This document shows positions 49,745-58,386 of a stretch of DNA of 64,000 bases, one piece after another. The stretch comes from a virus (lineage: Duplodnaviria > Heunggongvirae > Uroviricota > Caudoviricetes). A program made the position numbers and the translations under genes. The notes under the pieces are model-generated. The model was not told the DNA's origin. It searched no databases and was given only the letters and a program-made list of their open reading frames with translations. Location of the stretch: the IMG/VR virus record IMGVR_UViG_3300045988_155182. The stretch is one strand, 5' to 3'. Numbering within the stretch: position 1 is the stretch's first letter; each line of letters starts with the position of its first letter.

Positions 49745-50290
49745 AGTACAAACTATTCATAAAGTGAATTGTAAGTGCTAAGATCTGATAGTTTCCAGTC
49801 GTAGACTGGAGACTCGACCTGATGGGTGGGGGTAAGCGTCACTGGCGTCAGGTTTAAAAAAGCTCACTACCAGCGTAGAACCGGTGCCGTTTAGGTGTCG
49901 GGGAAGGGGGAACCAAAGTGAGCGGAGACAAGGGTCACTTTATGATTGTCGAGTCTGGGGTGTTTCGAGAGGTTGAATCCAGTACTCCCCTTCATAAAGT
50001 GTGGGAAGATCTCGGTTCTGGGGTGCTGTCATCCATAACTTCCCAAGTCTAAGCTGGCAGTAGACTTAGGCCATAACTTTTTCAGGTTATGAAACGACCA
50101 GGTTGGTGAGGGATTTTTATACTCACCTCCCTGGGAGAGTATTACCTGAAAAGACAACCTCTCACTTCGTTCGAGGTGAACTTCACTCACTTCGTTCGTT
50201 CAGTTCAGGTTTATAAAAACCTGTTCTGGGAAGTAATTTGTTTATTTTAATAATTATTAACACGCACGCGTGTGCGCACGCGCGAGGAAA
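49745..50290. other. ORF-free, GC-rich structured region with an alternating purine-pyrimidine tract (candidate ncRNA or origin)
   Basis: About 540 bp with no ORF in a gene-dense element; multiple hairpins; cacgcacgcgtgtgcgcacgcgcg at ~50261-50284; short direct repeats ctcacttcgttcg. Confidence 0.3.
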
Positions 50291-50322
50291 AAATCGGCGC
50301 GGCGCTTGATTCAGGAGTTTAT

Positions 50323-50913
50323 ATGACGACGAAGACACCAGCCCGATCGCAAGAAAAAACTCGCAAAAAAGCCAAAAACAAAAATTCTCCCCGCACCAAT
50401 TCCACAACGCCTGTCGTAGAGTTCAATCCCCAGCTTAAAACCGTGAAAATCTTCAGTGATGGCTCTTGCCTTAAAAATCCGGGTGGCCCGGGCGGTTACG
50501 GTATAGTTCTCCAGTATCGTGGTGAGGAACGCGAGTTCTCAGATGGTTTTCATAGCACCACCAATAACCGCATGGAGATGATGGGGGCACTTATCGGGCT
50601 GGAGCGTTTGAAATATCCATGCAACGTTATTTTGCACTCTGATAGCCAGTATCTGAAAAACGGCATGACACAGTGGATGAAATGGTGGAAACGCAATGGA
50701 TGGGTGACTTCTGACAAAAAACCGGTAAAGAATGTTGATCTGTGGAAGCGTCTGGATGAGGCCGCAAGTCGACATAATGTTCGCTGGAAGTGGGTTAAAG
50801 GCCACGCCGGGCATCGTGAAAATGAAATATGTGATCGACTCGCGAAGATCGCAGCTTTTTCCGCAGCAGATATGCCTCACAAGAAAGATATTGGTTTTGT
50901 TTATAACAAATAG
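50323..50913 (+). CDS. rnhA: Ribonuclease HI
   Basis: [18 protein letters not shown]...[10 protein letters not shown]...[21 protein letters not shown]...[13 protein letters not shown]...KGHAGH closely matches E. coli RNase HI; start at the ATG with AGGAG RBS (track start 50272 is GTG). Confidence 0.85.
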   Translation: MTTKTPARSQEKTRKKAKNKNSPRTNSTTPVVEFNPQLKTVKIFSDGSCLKNPGGPGGYGIVLQYRGEEREFSDGFHSTTNNRMEMMGALIGLERLKYPCNVILHSDSQYLKNGMTQWMKWWKRNGWVTSDKKPVKNVDLWKRLDEAASRHNVRWKWVKGHAGHRENEICDRLAKIAAFSAADMPHKKDIGFVYNK

Positions 50914-51061
50914 TAAGTAAGTGTTTACCTATCATTTTAAATCATGTATCTTATCGGCGTCAGGATGACAATGTGTCGGTAAGACACAGTTCCAGGATGG
51001 AACGAGAAAGGCGGCTGGCAATCGCCAGCCGCAACTCTTTCTGACACTGGATGGAGTCCAC

Positions 51062-51556
51062 ATGGCACGTCAAACCTATTTCACTTCTGCAACTAAACGT
51101 CCTCGTTCTTTACGTCAAATTTTGGCCGAATTGTTTAGCGGTCGTGTTATGTCACGTCTTGATGAACTAGAGACTACCGTTCGGTTGCTGAATGAACGTT
51201 TAGATAATCAAGCGTCAGTTGTTGCGAACGTGGGGGCGATTGTTGCCTCTGGTTCTTCACGCGAAGCGAAAAGTACACGGCCTTTAGTGAAGGAGAAAAA
51301 CAACAAGGACAGTTCGAATGGAAAATTTTCAAAGAAAGAGGCTGAAACCAATGGCCTACGTTCTCATTATAGTTTCACTGGCGACGGTAGCCGTTCCAGC
51401 CGGCCAGAGCCTTTTGATGCCGGGTTCATCCATCACCACACCTCCGTCGACGACAATTACCACCACTACAGTAGAGCGTCCTGTCACTCTGGATGGGATG
51501 ACGGTGGATGCGATACCTCAAGTTCATCCAGTTACTCAGGATCATGCTGTGACTAA
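51062..51556 (+). CDS. Hypothetical protein with S/C-rich C-terminus
   Basis: 164 aa ORF. Confidence 0.3.
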   Translation: MARQTYFTSATKRPRSLRQILAELFSGRVMSRLDELETTVRLLNERLDNQASVVANVGAIVASGSSREAKSTRPLVKEKNNKDSSNGKFSKKEAETNGLRSHYSFTGDGSRSSRPEPFDAGFIHHHTSVDDNYHHYSRASCHSGWDDGGCDTSSSSSYSGSCCD

Positions 51557-51565
51557 GGCGGTTGT

Positions 51566-51754
51566 ATGAACTGGTTTTCAAATCACTTTGGAAAAATTTG
51601 GCTGGCAATTCTTGCCCTCATGGCCGCCGGTTGGGTATCGAACATTATAAAACTTGTTTGCTCTGGCGATCTCCAGTTTCAGGCTGGTATGACCTTGGCT
51701 CGTGTTGTTGGGATTTTTGTTTTTCCAGTTGGTTCGGTACTTGGTTATTTCTGA
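51566..51754 (+). CDS. Small membrane protein
   Basis: 62 aa, hydrophobic. Confidence 0.3.
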   Translation: MNWFSNHFGKIWLAILALMAAGWVSNIIKLVCSGDLQFQAGMTLARVVGIFVFPVGSVLGYF

Positions 51755-51847
51755 CGGCTGTTAGTGCATATGCATTGACCATCTCTGCGTAAGCAATTTA
51801 TGTAATTAGAAAACAACTTGTTTTGACAAATAATAAAAGGAAAACAC

Positions 51848-52273
51848 ATGTTAGGTTTCTTCAAAAAGAAAACTCGTAAAGCTGTTATCGAAGTCAAAAA
51901 AATGGAGAACCGTGATGCGGTTGAGGCCACCGTGTGGGGCGCGTACATGATCTCCTATGCCGACGGCACATGTGACGCAAAAGAAATTGCCATTCTTGAG
52001 AAGACAATTGCAGCTCTGCCTGCGTTTTCTCCGTTTGCTGGTGAAATTGCCCAAATGAGCGCCAATATCCGTGCTCGTTACGAAGCGTCCCCTCGTTCTG
52101 CTAATGCACAGGCTATTCGTGAGCTGTCTGATATTGCGGGTACTCCAGAGGCGGTCGATGTTCTGTGTCTGTGCCTTGATATTGCCGATCAGGACGGCAT
52201 TGGTGAACAAGAAGAGCAGGCACTTAAAAAGATCGCCCAGGCGCTTCAGTTGTCACTGGATGCTTATCTCTAA
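51848..52273 (+). CDS. TerB-like domain protein
   Basis: YADGTCDAKEIAILEKTIAALP and later EQEEQALKKIAQALQL resemble the tellurite-resistance TerB fold. Confidence 0.45.
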   Translation: MLGFFKKKTRKAVIEVKKMENRDAVEATVWGAYMISYADGTCDAKEIAILEKTIAALPAFSPFAGEIAQMSANIRARYEASPRSANAQAIRELSDIAGTPEAVDVLCLCLDIADQDGIGEQEEQALKKIAQALQLSLDAYL

Positions 52274-52431
52274 TGCTTGAGAGATTCCGGCTTGTGATCG
52301 TCATTGCTCTTCTGGTGATGGCGGTGTTGGTGGATTTTACGGGAAAGATGATGTCTGTCATTTCTGATGGCGTCCTCATTGGTCTGGCGATCTACTTCGC
52401 TTATCCGCTAGTCCGTAAAGCAACGTGTTAA
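52273..52431 (+). CDS. Small membrane protein (52 aa, below the ORF-track cutoff)
   Basis: ATG overlaps the upstream stop (TAATG); MLERFRLVIVIALLVMAVLV...; terminator follows. Confidence 0.25.
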   Translation: MLERFRLVIVIALLVMAVLVDFTGKMMSVISDGVLIGLAIYFAYPLVRKATC

Positions 52432-52433
52432 TG

Positions 52434-52464
52434 ACAAGGGCCATTTGGCCCTTGTGTTTCGTTG
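52434..52464 (+). terminator. Hairpin terminator
   Basis: acaagggcc attt ggcccttgt followed by gtttcgtt. Confidence 0.5.
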
Positions 52465-52570
52465 ACCGAAATAGAGAGTTTGCACCTTTACGTTTAGCTT
52501 GCTCCCCTTTTATGCCACATCACAATAAAGCCAATAAGAAAACAACTTGTTTAAGCATTAGGAAAAACAC

Positions 52571-53140
52571 ATGTGCAAGAAATGCAAAGCAATAGCTGAT
52601 GAACAAAACGCCTTATTCGAAGAAATGGATGCTAATGAACTGGTCAAAATGTTAGCCATTCTTCGAGGAATAGAAGACGTTTCCATATTTGAGAGAGTGG
52701 TTACAGCACTTAATTTTGAGTCCACCTTTGAAGAGCCAACTCAGGTTGTAGCTTTAGCACATCATTTCGGTGTTCATTATCTTGCTGAAAAAGAGCGCGC
52801 TGATAAGTTGCAGGCGACTTTGGATATGGTGAGCGAGACTCAACGAACTGATGACACTAACAAGAGTGAGGCGATTATTGCCAGCAAAGATCGTGAAATT
52901 GCTGGGCTTAAATCCTCTCTAACGATGTTGATGTCTGCGTTCAATCTTATGTCTTCTCAGGCGGGTTATAAAATGCCATCACTAAACAGCGATGATCCGA
53001 TGGCCGTTCGTCAGCTTTTGGGAGCAATGGCCGACCAACTCGACGACACAAAGAGTCGGCTTGAAGACATGATGCGTGAGTTAAGCCATCGACATAACCT
53101 CGCAACACAGCCACACAAAGCCTTTCAAAGCTCTAATTGA
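52571..53140 (+). CDS. Hypothetical protein
   Basis: 189 aa; AAACAACTTGTTTAA motif and conserved start context upstream. Confidence 0.35.
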   Translation: MCKKCKAIADEQNALFEEMDANELVKMLAILRGIEDVSIFERVVTALNFESTFEEPTQVVALAHHFGVHYLAEKERADKLQATLDMVSETQRTDDTNKSEAIIASKDREIAGLKSSLTMLMSAFNLMSSQAGYKMPSLNSDDPMAVRQLLGAMADQLDDTKSRLEDMMRELSHRHNLATQPHKAFQSSN

Positions 53141-53195
53141 TCTGATATGGCCGCATGATCGGCCATATTGTGTTGATAAAAAACAAGGATGAAAA

Positions 53196-53477
53196 ATGGC
53201 ATACGGTACAGGGATTTACAACAATAAAGGAATTAACGTTACTGGCTTCCTTACTCCTATTTTTTTTCTTGATCGATTTACTGCGTCATCAGGCTCTAAG
53301 ACGTACTCCAATCCGCCACCGGGTAAATCGCTACATGCCGTGTGGTCATTGATGCCTCTTAACAACGACAACTACATTAATTTACCTGTTCCAACAGTTA
53401 CTATTAATGGAAATACGGTTAGTTGGTCAAATTTATATACGGGGCTTGGTTCTTACATATACACATACTGGGGATAA
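53196..53477 (+). CDS. Hypothetical protein (AT-rich cargo)
   Basis: 93 aa, N/T/G/Y-rich. Confidence 0.3.
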   Translation: MAYGTGIYNNKGINVTGFLTPIFFLDRFTASSGSKTYSNPPPGKSLHAVWSLMPLNNDNYINLPVPTVTINGNTVSWSNLYTGLGSYIYTYWG

Positions 53478-53479
53478 TT

Positions 53480-54094
53480 ATGTTCGGGATGTCAATTACT
53501 CAATCAGATGGAAGTTTGTGGATGAGTCCAGAATTTACTCCGCAAAATCTGATTAATAAAGGGACAATGTCTACATCTAAAGGTTCTGTTTTTCAAACAT
53601 CAATCCCATCAAACAAATCATGCTTTTTCTTCATAAAAAGCAGTAATAAGGCGAACATGATGTTTATTCATGAGCATAGTAACGGATACAATGCTCTCAG
53701 ATTGCATCAGGTAAATGGTAGCCCCGGAACAATAACAGTTTATGCTTTTTCTGATATGGTGTTACCACATTCTGGCTATGGCATTGCCATGTATAACAGC
53801 GCAGGCGCAATGGTGTATCACGGTGAGATGATGCCCCTTGATGCGAAACTTATCACTATTTCTGACCCTCAATTTACAATAGATATGGGGTATCCATGTG
53901 CGGTAATGCCTGCTATGGTTGGGGTATATAACTATAGACGAACCGATTACGACAGACCTGTCTATGTAACAATGACAGGTGCAACTGGAAACCAAGTATA
54001 TAACGGTCAATGGTATTCCGGTAATGTCACATGGGATATTAAGAAGATTTATACAAACAAAATTCTGGTGATAAATACCTCCAAGTATGATTAG
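53480..54094 (+). CDS. Hypothetical protein (AT-rich cargo)
   Basis: ATG at 53480 just after the upstream stop; 204 aa. Confidence 0.35.
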   Translation: MFGMSITQSDGSLWMSPEFTPQNLINKGTMSTSKGSVFQTSIPSNKSCFFFIKSSNKANMMFIHEHSNGYNALRLHQVNGSPGTITVYAFSDMVLPHSGYGIAMYNSAGAMVYHGEMMPLDAKLITISDPQFTIDMGYPCAVMPAMVGVYNYRRTDYDRPVYVTMTGATGNQVYNGQWYSGNVTWDIKKIYTNKILVINTSKYD

Positions 54095-54197
54095 CCAATG
54101 CCTTTATTTGAAGGATTGCCTGTTTATTTCTATTTAGTACCTTTTCATTTTTGAAATAATTGCACCATTAAACAAATCACTTCTTAATGGTGCAATT

Positions 54198-55883
54198 ATG
54201 AATACAGCCCTTTCCATCATCGACGATGCCAACTCAAACACTGCTATCGACTATCGGAAGGAAATGAACGTCATCCACGAAATTGTGGCCGAGTGCGAGA
54301 AAGAGATCGCCTTCATGTATCAGGTTCACGACTTCGTTTATGGCGACGAACGCCACAACATGATTAATCGCCTGCTGAGACTAAACCATCGACCAGATGA
54401 AGATCGCTCGCGTTTAAATCGAGGTTGGTTGGATAAAGTCGATCTGGAATGGGTGAAACAGAATATTTGGGCCGAGTACTGGAGGAAGGTCACGGACATG
54501 ACTAACGTTTTGCTGATCATGCCAGCTTCCCGTCGAGATGAGTGGCGCGAGCAGTTTATAGAGGGCAAACAGGAAGTCATCAAAACTGACAGAACCGGCT
54601 ACCAGATGAAGGTTAAAGAGTTCGTTGGTGTACCGGAGTTCAAAGCAGAAACGGTCATACCCACGATGCTTAATTTGCTGAATGACAGGCACAAATATCT
54701 CTCTGAGCGCGTGTATGGCTTGTTTAAGGCGCTGAGTCCTGCGCACAAGACAAATAAGACAAACGGTTTCAGCGAGCGTCTGATAATCGCTGACTGCATT
54801 TCTGATTTCTGGCGGGACAGCGTTAGCGTGAACTATCGCAAAGAGGACTACATCGACGATCTGCGTGTCTTGCTTCATTTCTTCGCGCACAAAGAATTTA
54901 TTACCATCAACCGCACTGCTGAGGTGCTATCAGCTGCGTATCGAGCAAACGACTGCCAGACCGGTGACTGGATGAACGTCGATGGAAATCTGATGCGCGT
55001 GAAGATGTTCAAGAACGGCAACGTTCACTTTGAAATACATCCTGACGTGGCCTGGAAGTTGAATGAGGTGCTGGCTTACAGTATGCCTGCTGCAATCCCC
55101 GCGCCATGCCGAACTGCGCCAAAAACACGGGCACCAAAGCAGTTCGGGTTAATCCAGAAGACGATCTCCGTGCCGGTTCGCACTGCGCTTCGTGACGGGC
55201 GATTGAGCAAAGACAAAGGCGTATGGTACTTCTCTGATTCAGCTCTCCAGAAGTCGCAGGTGGAAGAGCTTGAGCGCACACTGAGCTTCATTGGCGGCGT
55301 GCAGGAGAAAAAGCACTGGCAGTTCCCGTATGACATCGGCCATACGCTAAATACGATTGTGGCTACCGGTTTAATACCGGATACAAAATCACACCAGTTC
55401 TACCCTACCCCACGCTTGATTGCTGAGTACGTTGCCAGAGCCACTGAATTGAAGCCTGGTGAGAAGCTGCTGGAGCCTCAAGCCGGACGTGGGGATCTTC
55501 TGGCCTATATTAACGCCGATCTGGAAGATGTTACCTGCATAGAAATCGCACCTCTCTTCGCTGATATCCTGCGTGGAAAAGGGTATACGAACACGATTTG
55601 CTGCGACTTCATAAAGTGGTCTGAGGACAACGCAGGTTATCAGTTCGACAAAATCGTTATGAACCCGCCGTACTCGCTTGGTCGTCATAGAGAGCACACG
55701 CTGGCTGCGCTGGGGCATCTGAAAGTCGGCGGGCGTCTTGTAGCAGTATTGCCGGGCACTGCGCCAATACTGGACTGGATGACGATGGATAATTACGTTT
55801 ATGCCAGAGGGAAGTCGTTTACCAACGAGTTTGAAGACACAGGGATCACAGTCAGCGTATACGTTTTCAAACGCGTTAAATGA
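54198..55883 (+). CDS. Putative SAM-dependent N6-adenine DNA methyltransferase with a large N-terminal domain
   Basis: C-terminal motif I-like LEPQAGRGDL and catalytic NPPYS; 561 aa. Confidence 0.55.
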   Translation: MNTALSIIDDANSNTAIDYRKEMNVIHEIVAECEKEIAFMYQVHDFVYGDERHNMINRLLRLNHRPDEDRSRLNRGWLDKVDLEWVKQNIWAEYWRKVTDMTNVLLIMPASRRDEWREQFIEGKQEVIKTDRTGYQMKVKEFVGVPEFKAETVIPTMLNLLNDRHKYLSERVYGLFKALSPAHKTNKTNGFSERLIIADCISDFWRDSVSVNYRKEDYIDDLRVLLHFFAHKEFITINRTAEVLSAAYRANDCQTGDWMNVDGNLMRVKMFKNGNVHFEIHPDVAWKLNEVLAYSMPAAIPAPCRTAPKTRAPKQFGLIQKTISVPVRTALRDGRLSKDKGVWYFSDSALQKSQVEELERTLSFIGGVQEKKHWQFPYDIGHTLNTIVATGLIPDTKSHQFYPTPRLIAEYVARATELKPGEKLLEPQAGRGDLLAYINADLEDVTCIEIAPLFADILRGKGYTNTICCDFIKWSEDNAGYQFDKIVMNPPYSLGRHREHTLAALGHLKVGGRLVAVLPGTAPILDWMTMDNYVYARGKSFTNEFEDTGITVSVYVFKRVK

Positions 55884-55944
55884 TAGGTAAATACTTACTT
55901 AATTTGTGTAAGAATGTAATAACTAAACGATAAGAGAAAAACAC

Positions 55945-56649
55945 ATGAACAACCTCCAGTTAGAGCATTTTAACGTCACAGGCCATTCTGATTTTCCTTT
56001 CAAGTTTACATTGAAAGGTTATGCAGAGGATGCGGTAGGCCAGATCATTATTGATAAAGGCATCGTTAAGTTTGAGGGGGATTTTGATGAATCCGCGAAA
56101 ACATTCATAGACTTCGTTGCCAAACGTTGGAGCGAGCAATGGAAAGACCTGGAAAAGCGCGCTAGTGAGTTTGATCGGTTCATGGATGCAATGAATACAG
56201 CAAAAGAGGCTCTTGCTGCCGGGACTCCGTTAGATCTGGAGTCACTTTTCAACGGCGAAGTGGCCTCTGCGATGTTCGCCACCATGTTCGCGGGTGAGTT
56301 CGTCCGCAGCGGTGCCAAAAACTACCTTGAGCTGGATTACAACGTCCCTGCAATTGGCGATTTCGTCGTTACCATCCAACGCAAAGAAGGTAAGACGCCA
56401 GGTGAACGCGTCGCAGAGCTTGAGGCCGTTGTGGATCAGCGTAACGGAGAGTGTGACCGTTTGATCAACGAGCTTCATGCACTTCGGGAAGAAAGAATAT
56501 GCGCGGGTAGCAATACACGTAATGCAGCGGATATCTACTTCCAGTTAGTTGAGGAATGCCAGATTCCACCAGGCGGCTCTCTTGTCGATTACGTCAGACA
56601 TTTAATGACGGAAGTTAACTCCAGCCATAAAGATGGTGAGGTGCGCTGA
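55945..56649 (+). CDS. Hypothetical protein
   Basis: 234 aa; conserved aaaaacacATG start. Confidence 0.35.
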   Translation: MNNLQLEHFNVTGHSDFPFKFTLKGYAEDAVGQIIIDKGIVKFEGDFDESAKTFIDFVAKRWSEQWKDLEKRASEFDRFMDAMNTAKEALAAGTPLDLESLFNGEVASAMFATMFAGEFVRSGAKNYLELDYNVPAIGDFVVTIQRKEGKTPGERVAELEAVVDQRNGECDRLINELHALREERICAGSNTRNAADIYFQLVEECQIPPGGSLVDYVRHLMTEVNSSHKDGEVR

Positions 56650-57029
56650 TGTTTGGCATTGACGCACAGCGTGTAGCCGCTTTTGCAAAAAGCCCTCTTG
56701 ATAATCCCTTGTCTCGTAGTGAGCAAATGGAGCTGGCAAGGCTTTTTCTTCACATTCAAAAACAGGCAGACATTTTCAATAACATGCCTAATCAACCTAT
56801 TCTGGATGGTCACATCCAGATGGTCATTAACAGTCATGAGAAAGGCTGGGCTGCAATCGTCCCCTGCACAATTACATACAAGTTGGCGAAAGAGGTTCAA
56901 GAGTTTCGAAAAGCCAGTGTCGAATCGGAGTCTACCAAAGCCGCAATAAACACTCTTATTCGCATGGGGTTCACATGGACCGGTGGAGCCTACTGGCAAG
57001 CACCTCAACCCATTTTATCCGGCAATTAG
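56649..57029 (+). CDS. Hypothetical protein
   Basis: 126 aa; coupled start. Confidence 0.3.
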   Translation: MFGIDAQRVAAFAKSPLDNPLSRSEQMELARLFLHIQKQADIFNNMPNQPILDGHIQMVINSHEKGWAAIVPCTITYKLAKEVQEFRKASVESESTKAAINTLIRMGFTWTGGAYWQAPQPILSGN

Positions 57030-57167
57030 GCGCTACAAATCCTTCTGCATGAATAAATAAAGGCCATAACTTATGGCCTTAAATAAATTGTTTTCTACCT
57101 TTTCTTATTTGTGAAAATAAACCAGCACTTGGTAGTGCTTATGTAACAGCAAAGAAGAGAAAAACAC

Positions 57168-57668
57168 ATGAGTAACAAAATCGAAAATCCCGTAGTTCTC
57201 ATTCACAAGCGCGAGAACCACGACTCCTATGCGGTGGCGATCACCAATGGGAGTCACGATTTTTACGATGGCCTGCTAATGGCCTCAGTGTCGCCTGATG
57301 AGGCAGATAACTCTTTTGCCGTCTTCGCTATGGTTGGTTACTACATGGCTGCCGAAATTGAGAAGTTGCTGGCGCAAAGAGACGCATTAGCGGCGGAGAA
57401 TGCAGCCCTGAAAGAATCTGAGCGAGCATTCGATGCGATGTGTGCCGAGGAACACGGAGATAATTGGGTTAGCGAATTGACGGAGACTCCAGCCACCGAT
57501 GCTTTTCTGGCTGAAGTACGTGCGCAGGGCGTGGATATGGCTCGTAACGCGATGATTGATTTTGTTGATGGTGAAGTTGGGCCAAACAAGAACGTTCCGG
57601 GGCTGATTAGAGGCGCAGAGATATGCGTAAGTATTGCTGAACAGCTTCGTAAAGGAGTCATCCAGTGA
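57168..57668 (+). CDS. Hypothetical protein
   Basis: 166 aa; conserved aaaaacacATG start. Confidence 0.35.
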   Translation: MSNKIENPVVLIHKRENHDSYAVAITNGSHDFYDGLLMASVSPDEADNSFAVFAMVGYYMAAEIEKLLAQRDALAAENAALKESERAFDAMCAEEHGDNWVSELTETPATDAFLAEVRAQGVDMARNAMIDFVDGEVGPNKNVPGLIRGAEICVSIAEQLRKGVIQ

Positions 57669-58066
57669 GCAAGATTGACTATCAGGCACTGCGTGAGGCG
57701 GCAGAGCGTGCAATTCCGGCAATGGAACGCCTGTTAATGTTGCCAGTTGATGATGATCTGATATGCGAACAGGAACTTAAAGATAGCGGTGTTGATATTG
57801 ATGCCCTCAACGCCTTCAAATTTCTGGCCGGACCAGAAACCGTGCTGGCACTACTGGATGAGATCAACGCATTAGAGGAAACGCGTATCAACGATGTTTG
57901 CCGTATTGCGGAACTAACAAAACAACTGGAGTTGGCAAAATCAAAACTCAACGAGCAGCGTGAGTATTACGAGGGCGTTATCTCGGATGGAAGTAAGCGC
58001 ATAGCCGCTCTTCTTCGCAAGGACAATCTTGCCAGCGCCACGAACATTGAAGGTGAAAGAAAATGA
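57665..58066 (+). CDS. Hypothetical protein
   Basis: GTG start overlapping the upstream stop (GTGA); 133 aa. Confidence 0.3.
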   Translation: MSKIDYQALREAAERAIPAMERLLMLPVDDDLICEQELKDSGVDIDALNAFKFLAGPETVLALLDEINALEETRINDVCRIAELTKQLELAKSKLNEQREYYEGVISDGSKRIAALLRKDNLASATNIEGERK

Positions 58067-58386
58067 CCACATCGCACTCTGCTATTACCCAAGAAAAAGT
58101 CTTCAACATACTCGAACGACTAGAGACGCTCGCTACGGAGGAGGATATATCCCCGGAGAAACTGGTTGAGTTCAGCCGTGTGATATTGCGTCGCAAGAAC
58201 GATATGGAGCGGCTGACATCTGGCGCTCCATCCTTATCAGTCAGGCGAACACTTTGTTGCAGCTTCTGCAACAAATCCCAGTACGCCGTCAAAAAGTTAA
58301 TTGCTGGGGACGCCGTTTTCATCTGCGACGAGTGTGTGGATGTGTGCAACAGAATTATCCGGGGAGAGAAAGAGGGATCAGCATGA
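58063..58386 (+). CDS. Small protein with a C-terminal ClpX-type zinc-binding domain
   Basis: C-terminal 45 aa [39 protein letters not shown] are nearly colinear with the E. coli ClpX N-terminal ZBD ([36 protein letters not shown]). Confidence 0.6.
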   Translation: MTTSHSAITQEKVFNILERLETLATEEDISPEKLVEFSRVILRRKNDMERLTSGAPSLSVRRTLCCSFCNKSQYAVKKLIAGDAVFICDECVDVCNRIIRGEKEGSA

